From Felis catus (Eukaryota), in NCBI RefSeq assembly GCF_018350175.1, contig NC_058382.1, forward strand, positions 56,794,001 to 56,858,000: a DNA stretch of 64,000 bases. The letters are read 5' to 3'. A model generated the notes under the pieces. That model saw only the letters and a program-made list of their open reading frames with translations, was not told the DNA's origin and made no database searches. This document shows, piece by piece, positions 37,827-49,498 of this stretch (the stretch's first letter is position 1; every line of letters starts with the position of its first letter). The position numbers were made by a program, and so were the translations under genes.

Positions 37827-38233
37827 TGTTATGGGTCAAATTATGCTCCCAAAGAAGAGCTATTTTGGAGTCCTAATCCTCAGACCCTGTGAAGGTGGCC
37901 TTCTCTGGAAGCAGTCACTGCAGATGTGATTAGCGAAGATGAGGTCATGGTCGAGTGGGCGGGGAGGGGTATGCCCTAGGCCAGCATGACCGTGTTCCTT
38001 TTAGAAGTCGCCGTGTGAGGGCAGATACACCCAGGGGAGAATGCCGTGCGATAGCAGAGGCAGAGAAGGCAGCGGCACAGGGACGAGGCAGGCTCCCCTA
38101 GAGCTTCCCGAGCGAGCACGGCCCTGCTCGCGTTGGACCCTGCACTCCTGGTCTCCAGAACTGGGAGACAGTGGATTTCTGTTGTCTAAAGCCACCCAGT
38201 CCTTTGGTACGGCCGCCCTGGGCAACTGAGGCA
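37827..38233 (+). mobile_element. ERVL-MaLR solo LTR (MLT1B/C-like) with 5-bp TSD
   Basis: Starts tgttatgggtcaaatt, contains ctcctggtctccagaactgggagacagtggatttctgttgtctaaagccacccagt, ends CA; TSD cccac at 37822-37826 and 38234-38238. Confidence 0.88.
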
Positions 38234-38643
38234 CCCACCAGACTCCCTTACGAGGTCGCAGCTGCCACTCCAGAGCCTCGAGTGCTGGCAGATCACCGTC
38301 CTAGCCTCTGCTGCCCAGCAGAACTGCCCTTACCAAAAGGGGAGCCCCCCAGCCCAGAAGGTTAGGCTCTGCCAGCTGCAGAGAGCCTACCGCCTGGGCC
38401 TGCTCTCAGGGGCAGGGGGGTGCAAAAGACCAGCCCCTGCCTTGAGATGGGGCTGACCTACTGGTGCAGTGAAAGCGCCAGGACCCCCGTGGCACTGGGC
38501 TGGAGCTGGGCTCCAGCGGGGACCACGTCCTGGCTCGTTCCCTCTCTTCTGAGAAGGTACGCCAGTCCATCATACTCAGAACCCCTGCCTCAGGCTCTGC
38601 TTCCAGACCCAGCTGGAGTCTCGGGGAACCCAAATAGAGATAT

Positions 38644-38645
<2 letters not shown>

Positions 38646-38683
<38 letters not shown>
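38646..38683. repeat. (CA)n microsatellite
   Basis: Direct reading. Confidence 0.95.
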
Positions 38684-38684
<1 letters not shown>

Positions 38685-40199
38685 CTCTGACAGAAACATA
38701 CATGCACATCTAACATAAATACATCGAATATGTAAATCCATGTGTATACATATACATGGTTAATGCTAAAGGCACCCATATACTTATCCAACATGAATAC
38801 ACACACATAGAGAAACACACACTCCAGCCGTACCGTTCAAAGGCCCTGCGTAAATAATCCAGGCCACCTCCACTGGAGATTCCGATCTTCCCTCCCGCCT
38901 GGTCTGCCCCACTCCATCCTGCTGCAGGTGGCTCAGGGGGCCCTCAAACCCAAGCCCAGATTCTGCTGTGAGGAGCCCTCCGAAGCTAACAAACCAAAGA
39001 AACCCCAGCCTGGTGACATTTTCATCATGGTGGAAAATTCCATCGGGCTAGATTTCGGATTTCACACATGTCCATGTGCTGGTTAACTTGACCTCCAGAA
39101 GCAAGCTGTGTTGCCAGGAGCCAGAGCTCGTGTGAGAGAAGCCCTCTGGCCCTGAGGTGCACCCCCCTCGGTCTGCCCCGCACTGGGGTGGGGGAAGGAG
39201 GCTCCCGGAGACAGAGCTCCTCCCGTCAGCCCTGCTCAGAGCGCCGAGTGCAGGGTGGTCCCGACCCAGCGCGCCAAAGTCTTCCCCCTCTTCGGTGTCC
39301 TACTTGGGATGAATGACTGTGTTCCCAGCATGGCGATCCCCTGGCCCCTGTTGGAAATGGACTTCCCTGAGGTTGCGTATTTAGTGCGTCACGCGGGATG
39401 GACAGAAGTTAGAAAGGGACGGAGCGGTGAGGTATTCTTGTGTTACCCGGATGGGACCAAATGACGACTGGGTAGCTCCTAGGTGCCAAGAGCTTTTGTA
39501 ACTCGGAAGGTCCCTCTGGGAGTTGTTACGGGTGGGGGGTTGGGGGGGGGGGTCCCGTCCCGTCCCGTTACAATCAGGAAGCACTCCTGCGTCGGCACGT
39601 CAGCATTTCCTCTGCGTGTGCGTGTGCGCGCCCGTGTGCGTGTGCGTGCACTTCTGCGCGTGTGGGGAGCGCTGTGTGCGTGTTGGCTGCGATCGTTACG
39701 GAAGGTTACCACGAGTCAGTCCAACTCACCCAGCGGGTTTCAATCCCAGCTCTCGCCCCTGGGGGGCTCTGCCCCCACTTCCCGTGGCCCTTACAACCTG
39801 GGAGGTCATTTGCTTCCTTCTAGTCGAGTGTGAATCAACTCCGTGCACCCGCTTTGGTCCTGTCCTCACAGCAGGAGTATCCATATGTCACGGGTCTGAG
39901 GAGTTGGCTACTCATTCTCCCACGGAACATTAGGGAAATAACTTGAAATAAATAACGTGCCCTCATCAGACCTGAACGTCTCCCCACGCACCCCCAGGGA
40001 CAGGAAATGTCACTCCTACATCATCTAGTGGTTTGGGAAGGGAGTGGCCAAGTGACTGTCATCTGGCACGTTCTGTGATGGGCAGGACCACCTTATGAAT
40101 AGTGTCTACAGTGGGGCTTCTTTGACATGATTTGGTTTCCTCTGCACAGCAGCTGGGAGAGGCGGGTACTACGAGACCCCTTTGCAAAATCACCTCGGT

Positions 40200-40400
40200 G
40201 GACCCCATCTCAGTGACCCTGGGGCCAGAACAGTCCACCTTCATGTTGGACGGTCCCTGGCATGGCCGTGTGTCTGGTCATCACTGCCTCTGCCCAGTAT
40301 GTGGCCACCGAGCCCCCAAGTCATGGTGACAATTGAAAATCCCCCCCACACACATATTTCCAAATGCCCTCAGGTGGGGAAGGGCCCAGAGGCTTAACCC
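40200..40400 (-). mobile_element. Degenerate MER20-family fossil
   Basis: gtgacaattgaaaat...atttccaaatgccctcaggtgg and the upstream ggggccagaaca resemble reverse-complemented MER20. Confidence 0.4.
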
Positions 40401-40992
40401 CACGTGTTTCCAATCCTCTCCAGCCCTTTTCCCTACGAGACGCCGTCCCGGGAAGCGTGCCTGCGCCAGAGAGCTGTAGAGACCCCAGCCTCAGACCTTG
40501 CGGCGAGGGAGAGGGAAACGGTGCAAATGGGACTTGGGGCCTTTTCCATTCTATCTCCCATGGTAACAGAGGCAGGGCTGCCCCGAAGCTGGCAAAGCTT
40601 AGGCTTGAGTCGTTCATGCCCCCAACCCCCTCCGAGTGTCGGCGTCTTGTGGCTACAAGTCACAGGTAGGGAGCCTTTTAGTGTCAGCGTGGCCAGGGCG
40701 TCGCCTAAAGAGATCGCAACGGGAGACCCCAGGTCTCTGGGGCTCACGTAATGTGTTGTCATTTATTTCTTCATCTAAAAAAAAACAAACACCTTCCATC
40801 CCGATTTTTGTATCTGTGTGCTTCGTATTCCTTTTCTTAAGGGGGACCCCAAATTGCACGAAGGTTGGCCCACAAATCCTGGACCCATCCCTAAAATCCA
40901 CCCCGGCCCATGGGATGTCAGAGTGCTTGGTGCAAAGACACCTGCCCTTTGTAGCAGATTCACATGCTCAGCCTCCTCCCCCTGCTTTCCAG

Positions 40993-41246
40993 CCTCTGGA
41001 CTACGAGATCTCCGCCTTTCACACCCTGCTGATCAAAGTGGAAAACGAGGACCCGCTGGTACCCGACGTCTCCTACGGCCCCAGCTCCACGGCCACCGTC
41101 CACATCACTGTCCTGGATGTCAACGAGGGTCCAGTTTTCTACCCGGACCCCATGATGGTGACCAGGCAGGAGAACATCTCTGTGGGCAGCGTGCTTCTGA
41201 CCGTGAATGCCACGGACCCAGATTCCCTGCAACACCAAACCATCAG
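40993..41246 (+). CDS. CDH13: CDH13 internal coding exon, end of EC3 and start of EC4 (probably equivalent to human exon 10)
   Basis: Acceptor cctcctcccccctgctttccAG ends at 40992 and donor CAG|GTGGGT starts at 41247. The 254 nt encode [84 protein letters not shown](R), with LDYE, DVNEGP and ATDPD cadherin motifs. It joins the previous exon in frame (VVK|PLDYE). Confidence 0.97.
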
Positions 41247-42833
41247 GTGGGTGAGCGGCTCCCTAACCGGAGGGCGGGGGCAGGCAGGAGTTGCGTTTCT
41301 TTTCCGGATGCAGGCCTGGCTGTCCGGAGCAAACTAGCCTTACGGTAAATTTGTTGGTGATCTGGGCGAGTGGGAGGCACAGGGCACGCTGAAGAGCTCC
41401 TGGCGGATCGTGTCAGGACCAGGCTGACTCTCCAGGGATGCTGCCTCCACACCTGATGCCGGGGAGGAGGGTGGCCTCCGGGCAGTGTTCCCAAATGGCC
41501 AGAGGGGTCTGCCAGTGCCAAGCACAGGCTCTGAAAAAAAGAAAAAGGAGCCACCACGTCTGGCCCCCCCTGCATCTCAGACACTCGACCCATCGTCTCG
41601 CCACCATGACTTTGGAAGTCAGCACTGGCTGACTCCACACACAGATAAGGGTATTGCGAATTCAGAGAGGTTCAGTACCTAGCCCGAGGCTGCCCAGCCT
41701 AGTAGCAGAGGAAGCAGACTAGAAGCAGGACGGTCTGCAAAGTCCGTGCTCTCTGCTCAGTGCCGTGGACTCGGAAGCGTCAGAGCGGGGGGGAGCAGAC
41801 ATTGCCGGTACTTAGAAAGGGAACGTTGGGGTTAGGTTTCCGAGAGATAAATGGCAAGCCAAACAAACAACAACAAAAAATCGTCTTCAAAATTTCCGTC
41901 TTCGTTTCTTGAGCTCTGTCCGGTGCTTAGAAAGAAGGTGTTGTCGTGACAAGATTTAATTAAATGATCGTTACTGAGGGTACTAGGCTTGACCGGCTGC
42001 TCTGGTTGGTACCGTGTTTCGCGGCAAGCTGAAATCGACATGCAGGTCCAAACACCCGCTCGTCTCCGCACAAGAAAGGTATTAATCTTTCTTTTCCAAA
42101 ATCTAATCTTCTTCTCGTAGGAGGAACAGGATAATCAACTATTAGATGCACTCCTAATAAACACGTGTCGTATTTTCCTGATTTGAAACACCTGGAAACG
42201 TGTCCCCGTCTCCACACAGCCACTTTACCGCGGAGCCAGCTGGCAGAGGAGCGGCTCACGTTCGTTTCCAATCCCCAAAGGGGATTTGTTTTCACAACAA
42301 AACTTTCTGAAATGCGAGATGAACTAGATAAAGGTGCGAACTGCACCAAAGCCTATAATAATGTGACTCTGAAACTGCCCTCTTTTTCCTCTCTCTTTCT
42401 CCTTTTTCTGCTGGGCACCTGGCAGAGGAAAGATGCGATTTAAATATCAAAGAGAAAGCTTTCCTTAAGTCCTTAGGTGGGGAAACCGGCAGCTTAAGAG
42501 GCAAATGCACAAATTTAGGATGTCTTTAGGGAAGCTTTACCTGTCGCTAGGTGTTTCTACAGCAGGAGCAGAAGAGGGGACTCTGGGTGGGGGAGAGAGC
42601 GAACTCCCACGGGCTTGATGTTCCTGAACCCAGGGCTCTGCCCTTGCTGCGTGACTTGGGATGTTGCCAGTCTTGAAAGTGGTAACTTGGTGGGGGGGGG
42701 GGGGGGGACAGATGCGGTGACAGAGAGCTGGGTCTGTCCAGGTTCTTTGTTTGAGACCAGCCCTGGCTGACTTAGGCAAAAGGAGGAATCTGCTGGTGGA
42801 GGGCTTATTGAACATGTTTAGAACGAGGCCCGA

Positions 42834-43054
42834 GGGGCACCTGGGTGGCTCGGTCGTTAAGCATCCTACCTCGGCTCAGGTCATGATCTCGCGGTTCGTG
42901 GGTTCGAGCCCCACCATGGGGCTCTGTGCGGAACAGCGTGGAGCCTGGCACCTGCTTCGGATTCTGTGTCTCCCTCTCTCTCTGCCCCTCCCCCACTAGT
43001 ACTCTGTCTCTGTCTCTGTCTCAAAAATAAATAAACATTGAAAAAAAAAAAAAA
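42834..43054 (+). mobile_element. SINEC_Fc-like
   Basis: ggggcacctgggtggctcggtcg...ttcgtgggttcgagcccc; TSD core aggcccga; A tail. Confidence 0.93.
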
Positions 43055-44196
43055 CAGGCCCGAGATAGCACAGGAACTCGGGCATTGCAGAGTCTCTAGG
43101 GGATGGGAAATGATGGGTTGGCACAGCCCGACCTCACAGGGAGAATGAACTACCTTCCGCCATTTCCCACGGCCTGTGCCCCTCACCCGCAGGGGCTCAC
43201 GTGCCAGGGGGCGGGGGGATGTTGCCTGAGCTGCAGTCAGGAGCCTCCCGACTCAGGGCGCCTGACGGTCCACGGAGATGATGCTCTCACATGTGTGCGG
43301 CTGACCGGGAGGGAGGAAGGAGGTCCCATCCTGTGGATGGAACGTGGAACTGGGAAGATGGGCCAGACCCCAGAGAGCAGGTCCAGCAGATGGAGGGAGG
43401 GACGGGATTCTGGTCTGCAGAGGGAGGGGGTACTGGCAAGAGCCAAGCCCCTGAGACGTATCAAGACCAGGGTGCGAGACACTGGAACAGGGTACAGGCG
43501 TCCCCCGTTCTACCACGGGCGGGACGTCAGTGGAGAAAGCCATGTGTTGATCACTGGAGGGGAGGCTCGAGGGAAAACGCACAAGTTTGGAACGCTCTGA
43601 AGAGCTTCGTGTTTGTACCGTCAGTCACTACAGATACGACCCATGTCATGAGCTGCCAGGACCGTCCTCGGAGTGGCCTAGCCCAAGGCGGCCTCAATTG
43701 ATGGGGACGCGGGGACTCAGCATGAGAACGCAGGTGCTCAGAGCATGTCCTTTTTGTATCTTTTGACTCTGCTGTCCCCCGCGGTCGGCCACGTCCTCAG
43801 CCACGTCTGTAGGGAGATGAGCAATGCCGGCCCTCGGCCCCAGCGGCATGCTTCCCAATCAAAAGTTCGAGCCCAGGGCCAGGCTTGGGTCTCACAGAGC
43901 CCAGTTGGACACACGGCCCATCTCTGAGCCCCACAGAACAGCAGGGGGGTAGAGTGTCCCCACCGTGGGCCCCAGGTCCCATCACGACCACCAAAGCAGT
44001 TCAGGGGGCTCTTCCCAGGAGATGAGAACGGATGCTGTGTCATCAGGACCCACAGAGTCACTGTGACCAAGTCCAATTTTTGAGTCCCCTCAGGAAATAC
44101 CACTGAGGTGTCTGGTTTGCCTAAGAGTTCTAGCATTTACAAATTGAGCTGAGCAGTGTCTGGAGAAACCCCTCTTCCAGCCTTGAAGCAAAGTAA

Positions 44197-44197
<1 letters not shown>

Positions 44198-44245
<48 letters not shown>

Positions 44246-44271
44246 TCTGTCTCTCTCTCTCTCTCTCTCTC
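44198..44271. repeat. (TG)n(TC)n compound microsatellite
   Basis: Direct reading. Confidence 0.95.
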
Positions 44272-44879
44272 ACATGCTTCCCTCTCTGGCCAGACTCCTC
44301 ACACACGTCCCTTCCTGCTGGGGCCACACAGTGGCCCAGAAGTGCCCCTCGTTTCTCAGCCTGGCACTGACCGGGCCCCCCTGCTGCCGGTTCTGAGCTC
44401 ATCCAAGGCACAGACAGCCGTGTCACTGACAGGTTGAGCCATTGTCACAGGAACCTTTTGGGAGAGGAGGTCTGTTAATTACTTGCCGCCCTTGATCCGA
44501 CACACTGAGAAGCGCTGTCCCTGAGGGGCTGTGTGTGCAGGGGGTGAGGAGGGCGGCAGGGCGGGGCCAGCCAGGCTGGGACCCAGGTCTCTGACGACCC
44601 GTGCTTGGCTGCCCAAAATTCTCCAAAAGGCGACCTTGTGAGCGGTCCTGTTATTGTTGTCCTAGTGATGCTTTGGGGAGCAGGCATGGGAAGAGGGAGG
44701 GAAGCCTTCATCTCAAGGAGCGCTCTGAGTTCCGATGACAGAGGTGCGCATAAGATGCTGTCCCAGCCGTCCTGCCCCGGAGGGTGTCCATCCCGTCAGA
44801 ACCACTGCCTTGAGTTCTGCCACCATGCTGCTCGTGGCAGGTGCCCCTGTCTGTGTGTGTGACTCTGTGTGTGTCCGTG

Positions 44880-45130
44880 TAGCTTTCTCTCTGTGTCCCT
44901 CTCTGTTTGTGCCTGCCTCCCTTGGCATATCCTTTGCTCTGTCTGTCCCTTCCTCGTCTCCCTCTCCGTGTCTCTGCCTCCCTCTCCCTGACACCCGCCC
45001 CATCACTGCCTCTCCGTCTCTCTCATCCGCTCCCCGCTGTCTGGTGTTCTGCCCCGTCCCCTTCCTCCCCGCTCTCCTCCTCCCCCTCCTCCCTCCCCCT
45101 CCTCCTCCTTTCTCTGCCTCTCCCCACCAC
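44880..45130. repeat. Low-complexity CT-rich tract
   Basis: Strongly pyrimidine-biased + strand. Confidence 0.75.
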
Positions 45131-45639
45131 CACTTGGTGAATCTCTATCAATATTGCATTCCCAGATGCTCTGTGACCCCGCCCCAAAAACCCTACTTTC
45201 GTCTCAAGTGACTCACCAGGCACTGGGAGCCTTGACAGGCACGTGGCCTCTTCCCTGAGGGCAGGCTCCCTCGCCCTCAAAGCAGGACACCTCCTCCCCA
45301 CCCCCAGCCCCCACAGAACTTAGGAACTTCTAACTGATTCCCGTCCTGGCTGGCATCCCGTCTCCCATGATGCAAGGCGTGTCTCGTCTCGGCCCCACGT
45401 TGGCAATGCTGGCCCCCGCTAGGGACGCTTTCATCACACCAGGGAGCAGTAAAGTCTGTGAAAGGCGCCTTGATCTCTGAGAAGCCGGCAACGCTAAAGA
45501 CAGGAGGTGTCCAGGCATCAGAGTGAATACTCTCACTAAAAAGCCCGAGTTATTAAGACTGGTTAAAAAGCCCGTCGCATTGCGCTCTTAGCCAAATCAA
45601 AATGGACATCAGTGGGCTGGTGACAGATGAAATTCTTCT

Positions 45640-46145
45640 TTTTTAATGACTTGTATCTTCTTATCCTTATTATAAAGTTAAGATAGTTCATGGAGGAGAC
45701 TTTTGAAAAGGCAGTTACGAATAAGGAAGATGATAAAGAATCCGTAATAGCTCCTATAATACCCTCTTAACAACTTGGGTATAGCTCCCTCAGTCACGTG
45801 TGAGGGGGCTTCCGCTTTTATTACCGGAATCGGCTCTCATCACCCGTCCTGTTCTGGAACCTTCTGTGCCTCCTTCCCAGTATATGGCGAAGAGCTTTTC
45901 CGTGTCAAGACACAGCCATTATTATTAATTGCTTGATAGTATTCTCTTATTCTATTACATGAATGTTCTCATTTATTCATTCATCTCCTTGTTACTGGAT
46001 ATTTAGAGTGTTTCCAGTTGCATGCAATCATTTTTCTAAAAAGGTCAGTGGCCATGCTTATAGCTAAATTGTCTAATGCATCATTAATTTCCCGAAGAAT
46101 TTTTCGAAAGCTCTTCGAGCCAAAGGATGCGTATTGTTAATGCCT
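45640..46145 (-). mobile_element. Very old L1M (L1ME-like) fragment
   Basis: ttattcattcatctccttgttactggatatttagagtgtttccagtt...cagtggccatgctt, the antisense L1 ORF2-end/3'UTR pattern. Confidence 0.5.
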
Positions 46146-46879
46146 TTTGTCATCTAAAAACTTACTTGTTTTTTATACCGAAATTTATATTGTCCCTTAT
46201 GATTTGAATCGATGTCATGATTAGAAAGCTCCTCTGCTCCCAGGTCGTGTCGATACTGACGTGTTCTGAAACAGAGCCCCTCTCTCCCCACCACCCCGGC
46301 CCCCTCCAGACAACGCTCCTGCCTTCTGGGGGAACCCTGTCTCCACGTCCGTGAGACAGGAGCCAGACATTTCTCCGTGACATTTTGGGGTCTCTAATGA
46401 GGAGCAGGCTTGTGCGACGGAAACTATTGGCTAATTACTGTCAGAAGGAGCAGCTCAATGATGATTATGCTAATATGGGAACGACTGCCCGACGTTGTCC
46501 AGCAGCGACGTGAATAGCAGGGACTGACCCCGGCATCCTGTCTGTTGATTTCGCTGCTCTGGGGACGCAACCAGCAGCCCGATCCTCTCGAAGGGCTTGA
46601 GAGGACTTATCTCACTGTGTTGCATAATCAAGGGATTTCTGCTGAGGCGACCAAGTAGCAATTCCAATTCTGAACATCTTTCAGACAGAGCTCATCCTGT
46701 CCAGGGGCTGCGGTAAACCAGTCTGCAGCAGGGACTTTTGCCTACACGCTGAATATATGAGATGTGTGCGGAGGAGAAACGTTGTCCCCACGGATGTGAA
46801 ATGACCTATCACTGCTCAACATGTGTTTGGAAAGGATCATTCATCCAGGGAGCTCCGTGAGGGTGTGTTGAGCGGCACC

Positions 46880-47305
46880 GTATCTGTGAGGATTAAGTCT
46901 CGCTGAAGACAATAGGAAAATTCAAAATGACAGTGGCTCAGAGAAGATAGAAGTCTATTTTCTCTTTCTCACCTAAGTCCAGATTAGCCATGGCAGTGTG
47001 CAGGGTGTGGATGGCAGTTCCTCAAAGGTGTCAGGGGCCCAGGATCCTTCCTGCTCACCATTCGACCACCTCCAGGGTGGCGTCCCCTTCCTCGTGGACT
47101 GTGAGGGTTGCTAGTGCACCAGCTTTCGCATCTGCGTTCCAGACAGTGAGATGGGAGAAAGGGAAAGAAGGGAGTCTCCTGTCTTTGAAGGAGATTTCCT
47201 GGAAGTCAGCCCCATTTCTGTTTAAATCTCAATGGCCAAGAGTAGTCACGTGACCACACCTAAGTGCAGGGGACACGAGGACATGGGGTCATTTAGCTGG
47301 AAAGA
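46880..47305 (-). mobile_element. MaLR LTR (MLT1J-like)
   Basis: aaaatgacagtggctcagagaagatagaagtctatttt...ggcccaggatccttcc...atctcaatggccaagagtagtcacgtgaccacacctaagtgcagggga. Confidence 0.75.
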
Positions 47306-47454
47306 ACCCAGCTTTGGAGACTGGGATTCTTTAGGAAGGAAGAAAAGAAGCGTGGACAGCATGAGGTCACTGACATTTCTACCGCGAGAATCTTTGAATA
47401 TTGAAACTTTCTACATAATAAAAAAAAAAATAGGATAAACTGAATTACTTTTTA

Positions 47455-47714
47455 ATTTCTTTTGTAATGTTTACTTTTGAGAGAGAGACAGAGCCTGAGT
47501 GGGGGAGGAGTCGAGAGGGAGGGAGACACAGAACCCGAAGCAGGCTCCAGGCTCTGAGCTGTCAGCACAGAACCCACCGTGGGGCTCCAACTCACGAACC
47601 ATGAGATCGTGACCTGAGCTGAAGTCGGACGCTTAACCCACTGAGCTACCCAGGCATGAGATCGTGACCTGAGCTGAAGTCGGACGCTTAACCCACTGAG
47701 CTACCCAGGCGCCC
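47455..47714 (-). mobile_element. SINEC_Fc with a 55-bp tandem duplication of its head
   Basis: 47601-47655 is identical to 47656-47710. Confidence 0.95.
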
Positions 47715-49269
47715 TCTGGGTAAACTTTAAAAGTTACCACGTGCCACGACACTCAATTTTTACACAATCGACATAATAGATAAGCATGTTGTAGAAAACA
47801 ACTGTTTGATAAAAGCACAAGGATTAAAGCTAGTCTTTCGTCCGTTCGTTTATTCATTCACTGAGTTTGCTTAACGGTATTCATTAAGAGCCCAGTGGGG
47901 CCCTGACGCTTCTAGCTGTCATGTGTTCACTCGTGCAAGAAACGGTCTCTGCCTACAGCCTCTGGGGAACTTGCAGTCGTGAGAGCAAGAGCATGTCCTC
48001 CCTGCGAAAGAAGGAAGGGGGCAGGAGGGCAAGGAAGGCAGAAGATCAGTGGTTTCCTGGGGAAGCAAGAAACAGCAGTCCCTAGCTGGGGAGAAAGAGC
48101 TTCCGAGCATCACTGTGGTCTCGCTTGTCAACAGATTCCTGAATTCCCCAGAAAGCCCGCTACCCCCCTGCCTCCGTGCAGGTCTCCGTCTCCTGGGAAT
48201 TGGGTGCCAGCCCCAACTGGCAGAGATGTCCACCATCCATGCCCCTGCCCCCTGAGACACGTGCTTGGGAACGATGGTACCGGGACTAAAACGCCTAGCG
48301 TTCTTCTCTAAAAGTTCACCCAAAGCACCGCCACCAAAGCCATTTAGTTCCTACAACCCTGTAAATGAGACCTTTCCCATCTCCCTTGTTGCTGATAGGG
48401 AAAGCGGAGCCTCTGAGCCCCCCTCTGTGGGGGGAGAGCCGGCAGAGGTGTGCGGAGGCCTGCTGAGAGCCCCGGGGGGGCTTTGCTGGCACCCACCGAG
48501 CCCAGAGAGGCGGCCCTGACCTCGCGACTGCACTCCCCGGGCTCTCTAGACCTTCAGCACCATCTTTCTCAGGCTTTACTGTCGTCCCCGCCCCAATCCC
48601 CCCAACGTCTCCAGTACCGTTACAGAATTAAGCACTGCAGGCCCAGCACCTGGACCTTCAGATTCTCCAGGGACCTGCCAAGGTGCCAGGGACCTGAACA
48701 TCTAGCCTGTGGTCTCCACGATTTGAAAAGAAGACAACAACGCTGAAATTAACGAATATCGAGCGCCGAGAGCATCGCGACAACCTTTTCAAATGTACGA
48801 TCGGCGAACCCGTCTTTACCTTTGCAGGCCGTCTGTAGAGCCCCCCTCGCAGGAATGTCTGAGCGTGCGCTAGAGAAACCATAGGGGATTGTAGATGAGA
48901 CTATGCCCGGTCGCCAAATAAGGCCAAAAGCAAAAGCAGAAACGTCGTTTCAAACGTTCTACAGGAAGAAAATGTATTTGCAGGGTGGGTACATTCCAGG
49001 GTATTTGGTAAGACTTGGGCTGAGGCCACCACAGGCAGAGAAGATTCTTCGAGGCTGGAAATTTTTGAGACGGTTGCCACCCGGCCAGGGCCAGGCAGGT
49101 GGGCGAGCTCGGTAAACAGGCACAGATTGGTGGCAGCCGGGTTGCAGCTCTCTGTGCATAAACATGTTTGTGCATAAGCAGGCGTCGTTTATCGGTATTA
49201 TTATTGTTATTCACCTTCCGATATCGACGAATGCCCACCACCCATGACAGCATCTGCACGTGGCCTTGT

Positions 49270-49498
49270 TTTATTTTTTTTTTATTTTTTTTCAACGTTT
49301 TTTATTTATTTTTGGGACAGAGAGAGACAGAGCATGAACGGGGGAGGGGCAGAGAGAGAGGGAGACACAGAATCGGAAACAGGCTCCAGTCTCCGAGCCA
49401 TCAGCCCAGAGCCCGACGCGGGGCTCGAACTCACGGACCGCGAGATCGTGACCTGGCTGAAGTCGGACGCTTAACCGACTGCACCACCCAGGTGCCCC
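49270..49498 (-). mobile_element. Young SINEC_Fc subfamily copy
   Basis: tttttgggacagagagagacagagcatgaacgggggagggg...gacctggctgaagtcggacgcttaaccgactgc. Confidence 0.95.

Larger units (their letters stand above)
33793..40992 (+). other. CDH13: CDH13 intron (7200 nt, GT-AG, phase 0) between the two exons
   Basis: Bounded by GTAAGG and TTCCAG; splicing it out restores a continuous cadherin reading frame. Confidence 0.93.

Noticed and set aside
40636..41337. 233-aa ORF as a stand-alone gene
   Set aside because: Only 40993-41246 is coding; the 5' extension is non-homologous intron.
48553..48562. REST/NRSE left half-site TTCAGCACCA
   Set aside because: The GGACAG right half is missing.
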